A stretch of DNA of 64,000 bases, taken from the NCBI GenBank assembly GCA_965203175.1, contig OZ241867.1, positions 3,360,001-3,424,000 of the forward strand, written 5' to 3'. Source of the DNA: Candidatus Latescibacterota bacterium (lineage in GTDB: Bacteria; Latescibacterota; UBA2968; UBA8231). The notes beneath the pieces are model-generated. The model ran no database searches. It saw only the letters and a program-made list of their open reading frames with translations, and was not told where the DNA came from. Below are positions 46,053 through 55,831 of the stretch, one piece after another (the stretch's first letter is position 1; every line of letters begins with the position of its first letter). The translations under genes were made by a program, and so were the position numbers.

Positions 46053-47009
46053 TGCGCATCAAGCTGCGCGCTTGCCAGCCAGCCCACTAAGCCCAAAAGA
46101 CGACTTGGCGTTCTGGCTGAATGACATGGAGTTCACGCATATCGCGCACCGCAACGCCGACACCGGATTGACGAGGCGTATACCCTACGAGGACGTTTCA
46201 CAAGTGACAACGACCTATTCGGTTCCGAAGATCAGACGAGCGATTGAGACTCAGTTCGTTGCATTGTTGGCGTGGTTGATGCAATAGCGAAAGAGACCGC
46301 CCCAGTACTCCAGATAGTAGCGGATATATGGAGTGATTTGGAAAAGGCAAGCACTTTCTTGCAAGGGGCGATTGCAAGGGGTCGATGGGGCACGGTTGGA
46401 GGGGTCGGCAGTCTCCTCGGCGCGGCTAGCGCGGGCGCAACCTCGGCTAGCTAGCTTGCCGATTGGGGCGACCTGCGGCGCGGATCGGGACGGATCAGGC
46501 GCAACGGGGGACGTTCCATGCCCCGTTAAGCCGTCTCAGCCGCACGAATGGGCCTCGGCCTCGGGGTCGGATAGGATGCAAGCGGCCTAGGGCACGTTCA
46601 GTGAGGGAAACGGGGGCGAATCGGGCACACTGGGGAGAATTCGGGACGATGTGGGCGGTGGTGGTGGGATAGGGCGGAGCGTGGGACGGACGGCGAGCGG
46701 GTTGGGTCGATGGGGTTGTATGGTCGGCGCGGCCCAGCGCGGGGATGGCCTCGGCGCACGGCGGGCGGTGGGGTAGAGGGTGAATTCGCGCACGGCACGG
46801 CCAGCGGACGCGGTGGTAGGGATGGGGCGGAGCGTGGGCAGGCAATCGCAAGGGGGCATATCCCAATCGGCCCCCCCGAACCCGATTTTTGCTGATTTGT
46901 GTCTGTGTGGGAGACGCGCGCCTCAGCCGCAAGATTCTAAAAAATTATTACGAAGAAGTCAGGGTAGCCGTCCCAACTTGGGACAAAGGGCTATAGCTGC
47001 ACAACCGAA

Positions 47010-47354
47010 TTACAACTCAGTGAGTGCCGCAAGTAACTCGTCTATTCTCGTCTGTGCAGCATCAATTTTTTCCTTTGCGGCCTCACGCTCGCTCGGACCC
47101 TCCTTCTTTCCCTTCAGTAATCCCTCAAGTTCATGCACAATATCTTTCTTCTCATGTACTACTGTTGCTGGGATGAGCTTGTCTAGCTCGACGAGCTTTT
47201 GCAAGCAGGTATCTATTTGTTGATCTGAGTTGATCTTCTCCTCGGCGGCGCGCAGTTCATCCTCTCCCTCCATTTTATCTTTGAGTGCCGCCTGAAGCTC
47301 ATTTGCGATTGCACTTCTTTTGGCATCTTTCGCTGATTCTGATGGTGTTTCCAT
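47010..47354 (-). CDS. Small coiled-coil protein
   Basis: RBS CAGGAG; charged heptad-rich 114 aa; 59 bp downstream of the kinase. Confidence 0.7.
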   Translation of the reverse strand: METPSESAKDAKRSAIANELQAALKDKMEGEDELRAAEEKINSDQQIDTCLQKLVELDKLIPATVVHEKKDIVHELEGLLKGKKEGPSEREAAKEKIDAAQTRIDELLAALTEL

Positions 47355-47413
47355 CGACTCATCTCCTGTGATTAAGAGTGTTATCAGGGCCGATCCGCTG
47401 TCGCCGCATCTTC

Positions 47414-48604
47414 TCAATTCTCCTCCCAAGCCAGGGGATTAGATCCACTTTTACAGAAGAAGAACTGGACGTGCCCACAGTAGCCACAGGTGAATATCTT
47501 GAAGGCATTACCTCCTGCTGGATTCAACCCAAAATCATTTCTAGTGTCCATAATATCCTTGTCCACAGATAGTTTATACTCTCCGAAACCACAGACCCGG
47601 CACGGGCGGACAATATTTTCTCCCACTGGATCTGCGCCAAGTCTTAGGGCACGAAGAAGATCGTGAATCTTCACACCTAGCGAACTCGCGTCCCGAAGAC
47701 AGTCCTTTTCGTCTTCAACAATGCACTTATCAAGCAAGCCATTAAGAAATACCATTTCGGGTCTATTGGGAAACATTCGCTCAAGATTGAACTCATTTCG
47801 GCGGTGATACCAAAGGGGAAGAATCGGTTTGCTCGATACCATTGACCAGATGGTCTTACCCAACGAAAAGACATCGAAACTGGGCTTTATCTTTTCTATT
47901 CGCCTACCTGTAGCCCATTGTGGCATCCAGTCGCGACTGCCTACGTTTTCCACTGTGTCGCTCAGCCTCGTGTGATCTCCATCTGTGAAGTGCACGAGGC
48001 CAAAGTCGCCAAGTACTAGTTGTTCACTCTCATCTACAAAAATGTTCTCTGGCTTGATGTCGCGATGGACGAGCCCCTCTCCGTGCAAGGCGGCAACCCC
48101 ATCAACGATTGGCCGAATTGCAGTTAGGGTACGTTCTACTTGACCAGTAAACCAGCCGGATCTGTCTTTCAGGGTTCCATTCGTATAGTATTTTGAGACG
48201 AACCACTTCTCATCAAGGTTATAGTCCTCAATCTTCAGGAGATTCGGGTGGTCAGCTTGCTTCATAGCCTCCAGTTCGCGTTTTAGCCGTTCCTCTGCAT
48301 CCTCGAAATTTCGGGCTTCATTCGGCGAGTGAAGAATTTTGAGTGCGCCGTGGTTCATAGGATTGTCATCACGTACAATTCCGATAATGCCTTTTCGTAT
48401 CTCCTTCTCTGTATCTGGAGTTACCTCTATACGGGTACTGGACTTCAGAGCGTCGCGGATTGCACTAACGATACCAACCACGTTCACCACGTTGTTCGGC
48501 AAGTTCAAGGGGGGCTGCGTACTCTTGTCCAAGACGCGGAAAACCTCACCTTGCCCTCCTTTGCCAATGCTTTCAATCTTTTCCCAACGATTTAAGTACT
48601 GCAT
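47414..48604 (-). CDS. Ser/Thr protein kinase with C-terminal Zn ribbon
   Basis: IGKGGQGEVF, ALK, HRDIKPENI, DFG; CRVCG...CGYCG; RBS GGAGGTG; no TM segment. Confidence 0.9.
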   Translation of the reverse strand: MQYLNRWEKIESIGKGGQGEVFRVLDKSTQPPLNLPNNVVNVVGIVSAIRDALKSSTRIEVTPDTEKEIRKGIIGIVRDDNPMNHGALKILHSPNEARNFEDAEERLKRELEAMKQADHPNLLKIEDYNLDEKWFVSKYYTNGTLKDRSGWFTGQVERTLTAIRPIVDGVAALHGEGLVHRDIKPENIFVDESEQLVLGDFGLVHFTDGDHTRLSDTVENVGSRDWMPQWATGRRIEKIKPSFDVFSLGKTIWSMVSSKPILPLWYHRRNEFNLERMFPNRPEMVFLNGLLDKCIVEDEKDCLRDASSLGVKIHDLLRALRLGADPVGENIVRPCRVCGFGEYKLSVDKDIMDTRNDFGLNPAGGNAFKIFTCGYCGHVQFFFCKSGSNPLAWEEN

Positions 48605-48968
48605 TTTCGCACCTCCAATCCTCAGTTATGGACGCACCAACACAAATCCGACTCCTACGCTAATTTAGGGTAGTGGGTTACTTTGCCTTTCAGCAGCCGC
48701 GATCGCGGCGACCAGCAGCCAGCAGCCGGCGAGAAGGAACAGGGAACAAACTTACCTTGAAAACGACTCGAACCTCGTGTTTACGACTGCTGAGATGATT
48801 TCAGGGCGGCGTTGCGTTCGCCCTCCAGTAGCCCCCCAATATGGGCCACGCGCTCGTCGAACTCGGACAGGCGATTGGTTACGCCGTCTATCTTCTCCGT
48901 AAGCCGCTTTTCAACACCCGAGATGTCGCAGGGTTACTAACGATAAAAGACGGTAGCGCTAGTACGAT

Positions 48969-49052
48969 TTGGCCTGTTTTGGGCAGAGACCGGCGCGACC
49001 GTTGCCGATTTTCGGCCATTTTGGAGCCACGAAAAGGGCTGATTTAGGCCAA
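48969..49052. repeat. Structured ~84-bp dispersed repeat, copy 1 (copy 2 at 53300-53382)
   Basis: Both start TTGGCCT and end AGGCCAA and share CCGGCGCG.CCGTTG..ATTTTCGGC.ATTTTGGAGC..CGAAAA.GGC. Confidence 0.7.
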
Positions 49053-49125
49053 GTCAGCCGATCCCGTCCTAAGCTACAACGGGCCTACGCGACCAGAGGC
49101 CAGCAACCGTCGAGAAGGCTCATTA

Positions 49126-49270
49126 GAAGCCTTTTTAAAACTAGGGTTTCGGTCTCTCATGCGGCTCAAAGCGTCTGATACCGGGGGCATCTAGCCCTAT
49201 GAAAAACGTTTGACGCCAAGGTACTTTATCCCCCTACAAAGCGGCCCGATGGGGGTTTTAAAAACGCTTC
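49126..49270. mobile_element. 145-bp MITE with IS5-type ends and TTA target duplication
   Basis: IR GAAGCCTTTTTAAAAC / GTTTTAAAAACGCTTC (1 mismatch); TTA on both sides. Confidence 0.82.
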
Positions 49271-49313
49271 TTATGAGATAAGACCGTTCCTCATATAAGA
49301 AAACCGTCGTTCG

Positions 49314-49811
49314 TCATGACATCTTGTTCAACAGAAGAGCCGGTTGTCGCGTCGGTACTTCTTCCTCCGGCGGGATCTGACCGGCGAGTTTCGTAATGGG
49401 GCCGCGGGACATGCAGCATAGCCCGAGCAACGCCACTTCGACCTCAAACAAAACACCGTATTTCTGAATCTTCATAGCGATCCCACCTTGCGCTTGGGGC
49501 CTATGCCCCGGCGTATATCCGTAGGAATGGTGGACAAGCCAACGGCTCCATGCGCCGCCGAAAGAGTACCGAGATGCAACGCCACCGACGAAAGAGGATG
49601 GGTCCCAGTCCCAGTCCCAACGCACACGGATTTCATCTTCCCATCCTTCAAGAAGGATGCTCAGCTTATCTACTTTCCCAGGCCGGAATACCCGAGCAAA
49701 CTTCGCCAATCCACCGATCAGGTCGTCTTGAACGCTGATTTCGGTTCTCGGCTCTGTGGCCAGTTCCCCATTGGATTCGATCCATCGTTTCTCTAGGTGA
49801 GGGTTGCTCAT
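49314..49811 (-). CDS. Hypothetical protein
   Basis: RBS GGGGGAG before ATG; no recognisable domain. Confidence 0.5.
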   Translation of the reverse strand: MSNPHLEKRWIESNGELATEPRTEISVQDDLIGGLAKFARVFRPGKVDKLSILLEGWEDEIRVRWDWDWDPSSFVGGVASRYSFGGAWSRWLVHHSYGYTPGHRPQAQGGIAMKIQKYGVLFEVEVALLGLCCMSRGPITKLAGQIPPEEEVPTRQPALLLNKMS

Positions 49812-49951
49812 TTAGTATCTCCCCCTTACAGGTTAGGTGCTGGGATAATTCCAAATAAAACATCCTCTTGGCACGGCGATTACCAAGGGGGCCTTTAGTC
49901 TTGGTCAAGACAACATCTACATCTATTTTGATAGTTATGTTGCCTCGTCGA

Positions 49952-50178
49952 TTATCCGGGTAGCTTGCTGATGATGCTGAACAGCAGGCTGCCCAAGGCG
50001 ATTAGGCTGGTTATCTGAATACCGACCAACCAACGAAATTGACTGTCCATGCGACTACGTAGCTCGGAAACGGCGCGTTCAATGGCGTCCAGCCGATGGG
50101 TCAGTTGCTCGGCGATGCCTTCCAGCGTCCAATGCGGCGGTCATGGGCTTGGGCTTGCGACAGGGGTTGCTCGGTCAC
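49952..50178 (-). pseudogene. Small coiled-coil plus C-terminal TM protein (DUF1640/XhlA-like), frameshifted
   Basis: VTEQPLSQAQAHDRRIG / frameshift / LEGIAEQLTHRLDAIERAVSELRSRMDSQFRWLVGIQITSLIALGSLLF. Confidence 0.55.
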
Positions 50179-50260
50179 GGCGTCGTTCCTATGTGGGTTA
50201 GTGGGTCATTCTGAATAAGAACAATAAATTAGTATTGGCACAGGTTTTGCCGAGGAGGCT

Positions 50261-51868
50261 TTAGAGTGCGTTAGAAAGCGGTCCGACCCGTTGTTTGAGG
50301 CTCTGGGCCAACTTATTGTCATCCCGAATTCGGGAGACTAACATTCGCTGGTATATCTTTTTACTTTCGAGTTTGAGTGCTTTAACAATAGCCTCAAAAG
50401 CACGGCTCTCGCGAAGTGGATAACGAGCAACAAGATCGTCCAGTCTTTTCTCATTTACTAGTTTATTGAAGCGGTCCAACTCCTTTTGATAGGGAATATC
50501 GACAGATATGTCGAACTTTGATTTGGCTTCAATACATTTCCAGTCCGGGATTTTTTGTACTATCGAATCACGTACTCGACGTTCGCACCGCCGCGCCGCC
50601 ATCCTTTCGGCCATATCGCCCTTATTCAGGGCTTCAAGTGCTTTCTGATTCGCCAATTTGATCATGTCGTCTGCCTTGCTCCTCAAGGCCTTTTCTTGCC
50701 ATCGAGCAACAGCGGCAATGGAGTCGGAGCAGTAGTAGAGAGATTCGACCGAGCACATGTCCAAGGCAAATACCCAACCTTCGACAAGTCGCTTGACGTC
50801 CTCTTCCTCTAAGCTATCCCGGTCAATTAGCCCAAACGCCTCGACGCGATGGAACTGTTGAGATTCTCGCAGACCTCTCACCGCTTTCTGGACATCACTG
50901 CAACCTCCCTTCGACACTACTGAGATATCCGGAAATAGAACGCTGTAAAGCGGTAAATCCAAACTGTTGGAGTCGCCTTCAACAAAGAGAATTCTTTTCC
51001 GGGAACCTAAGATTGACCGTTTAAGACCTTCTGGTAAAGAAGAGTTCGGTTCAAGGAGTTCGACATCCCAAGCTGTAGCCTTATCATCTTCCCATTTGCA
51101 TGATCGAACCATTAGGACGCGTGCTTCTGGATCAGCGACTGGCAGTGCTACCTCATGCGTCGAGACGACAAATGTGCAATCCGTGCGTTTCTCGAACAGC
51201 GCCGACAGAAGTGGCTCGATGATGGACCGATGGAGATGCCGTTCCGGCTCGTCAATCAGTAACACGGTACCTGGCTCAACAGTTAAAACGGCGGCTGCAA
51301 GGATTGCGGCGTTTCGCTCCCCATCGGACATCTGAGCGATACTGAAAGGCGCACTGCCGTCTCGATGGTGCGCTAGTATTTCTTCGTCCTTGTAGTTTTC
51401 CAGCGTAACTGCCAGTGTCCCGATTCTGAGAAGTTCGTTGAGTTGAGCAAACGGAGATCGCGATTCGGCAGAAGTTTTTTCTGCTTCTCCCGTATTGCCA
51501 CTATCGACATGATGAGTGATGCTGCGAGCACGAGCATTCTCCTTGGCAACCAAATCAAAAAGTATCGCCGATTGTTTCTGTTGTGCGTAATCATCTCGCC
51601 AACGAGCTTGATCCTGCCTTTCGATATTCGTGTTTTCCCCATCAAACTGTTTGCGACTCAGCGGAGTGAGATCAAGGTTCCCAGACTGGAACCATGTCTG
51701 TCGATGCGCCGAAATACGCCTGACTTTCTCGTCTTGATTCGATGAAACAAGGTGCTGGATCAACGCTGATTTTCCAGAGCCATTGGCACCAACGATGAAA
51801 AGCCGATTATTGTTTTCGAGAGACACTTGTAGAGATTGACCTGAAATTTGAGGAATCGTCCAATTCAT
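50261..51868 (-). CDS. ABC-type ATPase fused to TOPRIM (DUF4435-like) domain; OLD/PARIS-like defence protein
   Basis: GANGSGKS, MSDGER, LLIDEPE, STH; then LFVEGDSNSLD, KGGC, GLIDRD. Confidence 0.82.
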   Translation of the reverse strand: MNWTIPQISGQSLQVSLENNNRLFIVGANGSGKSALIQHLVSSNQDEKVRRISAHRQTWFQSGNLDLTPLSRKQFDGENTNIERQDQARWRDDYAQQKQSAILFDLVAKENARARSITHHVDSGNTGEAEKTSAESRSPFAQLNELLRIGTLAVTLENYKDEEILAHHRDGSAPFSIAQMSDGERNAAILAAAVLTVEPGTVLLIDEPERHLHRSIIEPLLSALFEKRTDCTFVVSTHEVALPVADPEARVLMVRSCKWEDDKATAWDVELLEPNSSLPEGLKRSILGSRKRILFVEGDSNSLDLPLYSVLFPDISVVSKGGCSDVQKAVRGLRESQQFHRVEAFGLIDRDSLEEEDVKRLVEGWVFALDMCSVESLYYCSDSIAAVARWQEKALRSKADDMIKLANQKALEALNKGDMAERMAARRCERRVRDSIVQKIPDWKCIEAKSKFDISVDIPYQKELDRFNKLVNEKRLDDLVARYPLRESRAFEAIVKALKLESKKIYQRMLVSRIRDDNKLAQSLKQRVGPLSNAL

Positions 51869-52311
51869 CTGATTTTATCCTCAGAAGCCCTCTGAAAATT
51901 CCGATTTCCATACTTACCTTGAAAATCCGCGTTTTGTGATATTGCGTAATCGCTAAGATTCAGAGTATGGTACCGCTGACGATTAGACGGCAGTCTCGCG
52001 GCGAAGGTACTCAAGCTCGCAGTTGCAATGGGGGTACTGCGCGGGTATATTGGGAAAAATTTGGCCATTGAAAGCCCTATCCTTTCTGTGGTCGATGCCC
52101 GTCGCGTTCGCTCAAACGCGAGTGGGACTGTTGATGCCCCGGCTAAAGCCTTCTAGCTGGGGCGTCTTGCTGCTTATCTTCAAAATAGAGACCGAGTTAG
52201 ACCAGGTCAACGAGCCTTGAGGGGTGATTATGCAGGCGCTCTCCGACCTGTCTAGCCTGACGTGGCTGCCGTTGGGATACTCCCGATAAGTCCGTTGATC
52301 GCTAGTACGAT

Positions 52312-53280
52312 CTAGGGCAAGAAGCGGTTGGTGAAGACCGCGGTGGCGGCCACCACACTCTCTTTGATCAGGCCAGCGGCCACCATTTGTTCCAATAGCT
52401 CCTGCCAGCGCTGCAAGGTCATGCTGCCGAGGCCGTTTTGTTGGGCGACCGGATCGAGAACCATGTCCATGGATTCGGCGGCTCCATAGGCGAGAATGTC
52501 CATGCCCATCTCGGGGTTGAGGCTGTTGATATGGCGGTTGGTCGCCTCTGGTTCGGCGAGGTATTTCTCCCAGCCTTTGACGCTGGCGCGGACTACGGCA
52601 CCGACGAGTTCAGGTTCGGCGGCGATGCGCTCTTCGGTGGTGATGAGCACGCTGGCGTAGGGGTTGAAGCCGGTGTTGGCTACGAGCAGGGCCTTGGGAT
52701 CGCCGCCTTTGGTCTTGGCGACGAACGGTTCGCTGAAGACGTAGCCCTGCTGGGCGAAATTCTCGTCCACGAGGAATTGGGCCACATTGCCGGGATAGGG
52801 GACTATTGTGACGCCTTCAAATGGGTACTTCCAGCGCAGATAGTGAGAGAAGGCCGGGCGTTGCGACAGGGCCAAGGTGATGTTTTTGATTTGCGAAATA
52901 GAGTCGATGCCGGCGCTCTCGTGGACCATAATGCAGCGCGGGTTGATCTGATAGGATGCCATGACCGCGATGATGGGGATTTGTTGGGCGCGCGCGTAGA
53001 GGATGTCGTCGGCATTTGTTATGCCAAAGGCTACCGCGCCGGTGGCCACGCGCTGGACGACCGGCGCATCCGGGCCACCGCCGAGGATTTCGACCTCAAC
53101 CCCGTTTTCCTCGTAGTAGCCGTGGACTACGGCCGCGTACAAGCCGCCGTGTTCGGCTTCTGGGAACCAGTTGAGCGCGAGTTGGACCTTGGGCAGGGCG
53201 TCGGCTGTGGGCGCTTCTTTTTCAGCGGCGCAGGCGACGAGCGCGAGGAAGGCCGCCAAGAGCGAGTATTTGAATATCAT
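52312..53280 (-). CDS. NMT1/THI5-like ABC substrate-binding lipoprotein
   Basis: Lipobox LVAC; LNWFPEAEHGGLYAA...GYY; GYVFSEPF. Confidence 0.88.
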   Translation of the reverse strand: MIFKYSLLAAFLALVACAAEKEAPTADALPKVQLALNWFPEAEHGGLYAAVVHGYYEENGVEVEILGGGPDAPVVQRVATGAVAFGITNADDILYARAQQIPIIAVMASYQINPRCIMVHESAGIDSISQIKNITLALSQRPAFSHYLRWKYPFEGVTIVPYPGNVAQFLVDENFAQQGYVFSEPFVAKTKGGDPKALLVANTGFNPYASVLITTEERIAAEPELVGAVVRASVKGWEKYLAEPEATNRHINSLNPEMGMDILAYGAAESMDMVLDPVAQQNGLGSMTLQRWQELLEQMVAAGLIKESVVAATAVFTNRFLP

Positions 53281-53299
53281 GGGAATTCTCCTAGTAGTA

Positions 53300-53382
53300 T
53301 TGGCCTATCTGGGACATCGCCCGGCGCGGCCGTTGGAATTTTCGGCTATTTTGGAGCTGCGAAAATGGCCGGTTTAGGCCAA
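53300..53382. repeat. Structured ~83-bp dispersed repeat, copy 2
   Basis: TTGGCCTA...TAGGCCAA terminal IR; internal GGCTATTTT/AAAATGGCC stem. Confidence 0.7.
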
Positions 53383-53738
53383 CTCCCCCGGCGCGTAAAA
53401 CCCTGTTCTCGGGATTCGTCCCAAACTCACGCCATCCCTCTAGCGGGTTCATCCGTCGCCGGCCGATAAGAGCTCTTTTACCGAGATCGGTTGCGGTTTT
53501 GTCCCTTTCACTTTATAGAAGAGCACCTCGCTAATCCGGTAGTCAAATGAAATGGGACTTATTTAAGGGCTTCTGCTTTTGAAAAAGCTGGCGGAGTTCA
53601 GATTTTGACAACTCAATAGGCTCATTATTGTCGAGGGCATTCAATAGATCGCTTAGATACATTTAAGACCCCTTTTATATCCGAGGCGAAATTTCAAACT
53701 GATACACTACTGGTTATCCCAGCTTGCACTGGACGAAG

Positions 53739-54671
53739 CTAGTGGCCAAAGTTGAAGACAAAGTCAATGTAGGGAATCCCTGGAAACACTATATCCACGG
53801 AGGGTATCGCGATCATGCCCACATCCGCGCTCATGCGTAAGCCCAAAAAGCGGATTCCATATATAATCCAGGGCTCGTCGTACGCATTGGGAAAAAGCCA
53901 ACTCTCCGCGACAACGGCCATTCGTCGCGTCCACCTTCTTTTCATGCCCAATGTGAGCGCGGGTTTATTCTCTATTTCGCCATCCACAAACCCCCAGCCC
54001 AAACCCGCTGTGAGGCCCTCGGGACCGCCGAAAGTTCCTACTCCATATAGAATGCCCGCCGAGAAACTATCATCACCGTCAGGCACCCGCATGATGAGCG
54101 CTCCCAAGGCCAGATCCAACGACTCTTGGTTCAGCAGACCCACTTTGGGCGTAATGTAGAAGGGGAGGTCTTTGAAGGGGACAGGGAGCGTGAGGCCACC
54201 CGCTCCAATAGTAAATTCGTCCGTGACTCCGTAGGCGATCATGCTGAAGAGCAGGTAGCGGTTGGAATAGTAGCCCTGCCCGCGTTCCAGCATTTGGGCC
54301 GTTGTGCTTAGAAGAAGCCGCGTGGTGTTCAGATCGGGATACCAGTGTTCGCCGTCCCGCATAGAGGACGCTGGGATTCGCCTGATTTTCTTTATGGCCC
54401 GGATGCGAATTTCCGTCTTGCCGAAGTTGGTCTCAACGTAGATGACAGAGACGCCAATGGAGACAATGCGACCAATGACCATTCCCCCATCTTTGGTTTC
54501 GATCACTTGCATATAGCCAGACTCGGGGATTTTCAGGCCGTCTATCATTCCCTCTTGGGCTTCGATTGTTGCTGGTAAGATAGTGATCGAGCAAAGCAAT
54601 AGAGCTCGAATGACGAATTTATTAGCGCAAGACGCCACCAGCAGCGCGGTGGCAAGGACGGCCATAGACAT
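53739..54671 (-). CDS. Putative outer-membrane protein
   Basis: Signal-like N-terminus, amphipathic beta-strand C-terminal half ending YIDFVFNFGH; RBS GAAAGGGA before 54671. Confidence 0.65.
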   Translation of the reverse strand: MSMAVLATALLVASCANKFVIRALLLCSITILPATIEAQEGMIDGLKIPESGYMQVIETKDGGMVIGRIVSIGVSVIYVETNFGKTEIRIRAIKKIRRIPASSMRDGEHWYPDLNTTRLLLSTTAQMLERGQGYYSNRYLLFSMIAYGVTDEFTIGAGGLTLPVPFKDLPFYITPKVGLLNQESLDLALGALIMRVPDGDDSFSAGILYGVGTFGGPEGLTAGLGWGFVDGEIENKPALTLGMKRRWTRRMAVVAESWLFPNAYDEPWIIYGIRFLGLRMSADVGMIAIPSVDIVFPGIPYIDFVFNFGH

Positions 54672-54802
54672 GTTATCCCTTTCTCTTAGTTGTCGGGCGC
54701 GATCTCCGCGAGGGTGGTTGTGGGCTACTATGCACCTTTCAGCCCTTCCCGCTCCCAAGACTGACCAACATATAGCTTTGGGTAGTGGGCTAGTTTGAAA
54801 TC

Positions 54803-55831
54803 TTACAGCCCAGCGAGCACCTTGTCGGCGGTGCCATCGGCCACCCAGCTTTTCCATTCATCGGAGTTGTGCAGCCACCAAGCGGCGACATCGCGGTACG
54901 CGTCGCCGGTCTCGTCCAAGCGGAAGAGCAAAGCGTTGATCGAGTCGTCAGAAAGCGTCCACTTCTCTAAAAACGCAACGGCCTCGGGCGCGGTTTCGCG
55001 CAGTTCGGAGCGCACGGCGATAACCGGCTGCCGGTCGGGGTACGCGCACGCCTGCATTACGTCTTGCGCTTCGTCCTGTGCAGCAAGGTGCTCCCAGCAT
55101 TCATCGGAATAGTCGGGCTCTTTCAGCCGCAAGAAGCCGCCATATTGATCGTTTAGTTTCGTCGGAACCACCTCGGGACCCCACTGGTAGAAGAGGATGT
55201 GCTCGCGCTTGTCAAAAGCATCCAGAATTTCCGCGTTCAGCTCTGCGAAAGAGCTTGGGGTAATGAGTTTGATGACCTCTTGCAGGCCGTAGCCGTACAC
55301 CTGCTTCTCGTTGATTGCCTCGCATTCCCAGCCGGAGATGCACGTTAATAGCCCGGCTTTCCCGTCGCTATCGGGGCGGACGAAAAGGCTCCAGTACTCC
55401 TCCAGCTTGAGGTCTTCAACCGAGCGTAGGCCGGGGTTGGCGTCCGCCGTATACTGCGGAATGAGGAACGCGCTTTCCCAGGACGGGCTTGCTAGGCTGT
55501 TGCCAAGCTGCACAATCGTCCCCGCCGCTATAGCCTCATGCCAAATGGCCAGCACGCTCGGCAGCCAAAACTCCATCGTCACATTCGTCTCGCCGGCGAT
55601 CAGCGCCTCCATGAGCGGGACCGTCGCGCCGGGGACGGACTCGGTTTCATAGCCGTATCCCCTCTCCAGAATCGTGCGGGCCACCGCGTTTTGCAGCAGG
55701 GCCGAGCTCCAATTCACGTCAGAGAAAATCAGTTTTGTCTGATGCGGGGTCGCCGTCGGGACCTTCTCGCCGTCTCCACATGCGGCGAGCGCCAGCACGA
55801 CGATCACCCCTGCCAACATCCTCCGTTTCAT
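54803..55831 (-). CDS. Glycine betaine/proline ABC substrate-binding lipoprotein (ProX/OpuAC-like)
   Basis: Lipobox LAAC; NWSSA, MEFWLP, CISGWEC, FYQWGP. Confidence 0.88.
   Translation of the reverse strand: MKRRMLAGVIVVLALAACGDGEKVPTATPHQTKLIFSDVNWSSALLQNAVARTILERGYGYETESVPGATVPLMEALIAGETNVTMEFWLPSVLAIWHEAIAAGTIVQLGNSLASPSWESAFLIPQYTADANPGLRSVEDLKLEEYWSLFVRPDSDGKAGLLTCISGWECEAINEKQVYGYGLQEVIKLITPSSFAELNAEILDAFDKREHILFYQWGPEVVPTKLNDQYGGFLRLKEPDYSDECWEHLAAQDEAQDVMQACAYPDRQPVIAVRSELRETAPEAVAFLEKWTLSDDSINALLFRLDETGDAYRDVAAWWLHNSDEWKSWVADGTADKVLAGL

Noticed and set aside
45793-46287. 164-aa ORF spanning repeat copy 2
   Set aside because: The homologous copy at 34765 has indels and a stop in this frame, so the shared part looks non-coding
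39716-46900. Complete prophage
   Set aside because: No terminase, portal, capsid, tail or lysis genes in the window
52438-53469. 343-aa plus-strand ORF
   Set aside because: Antisense shadow of the THI5-like gene, as are most alternative ORFs over mutS, rpsA, accC and the kinase at 62-64 kb
53281-53470. TPP riboswitch upstream of the THI5-like gene
   Set aside because: No CTGAGA or ACCTGA core found on the coding strand
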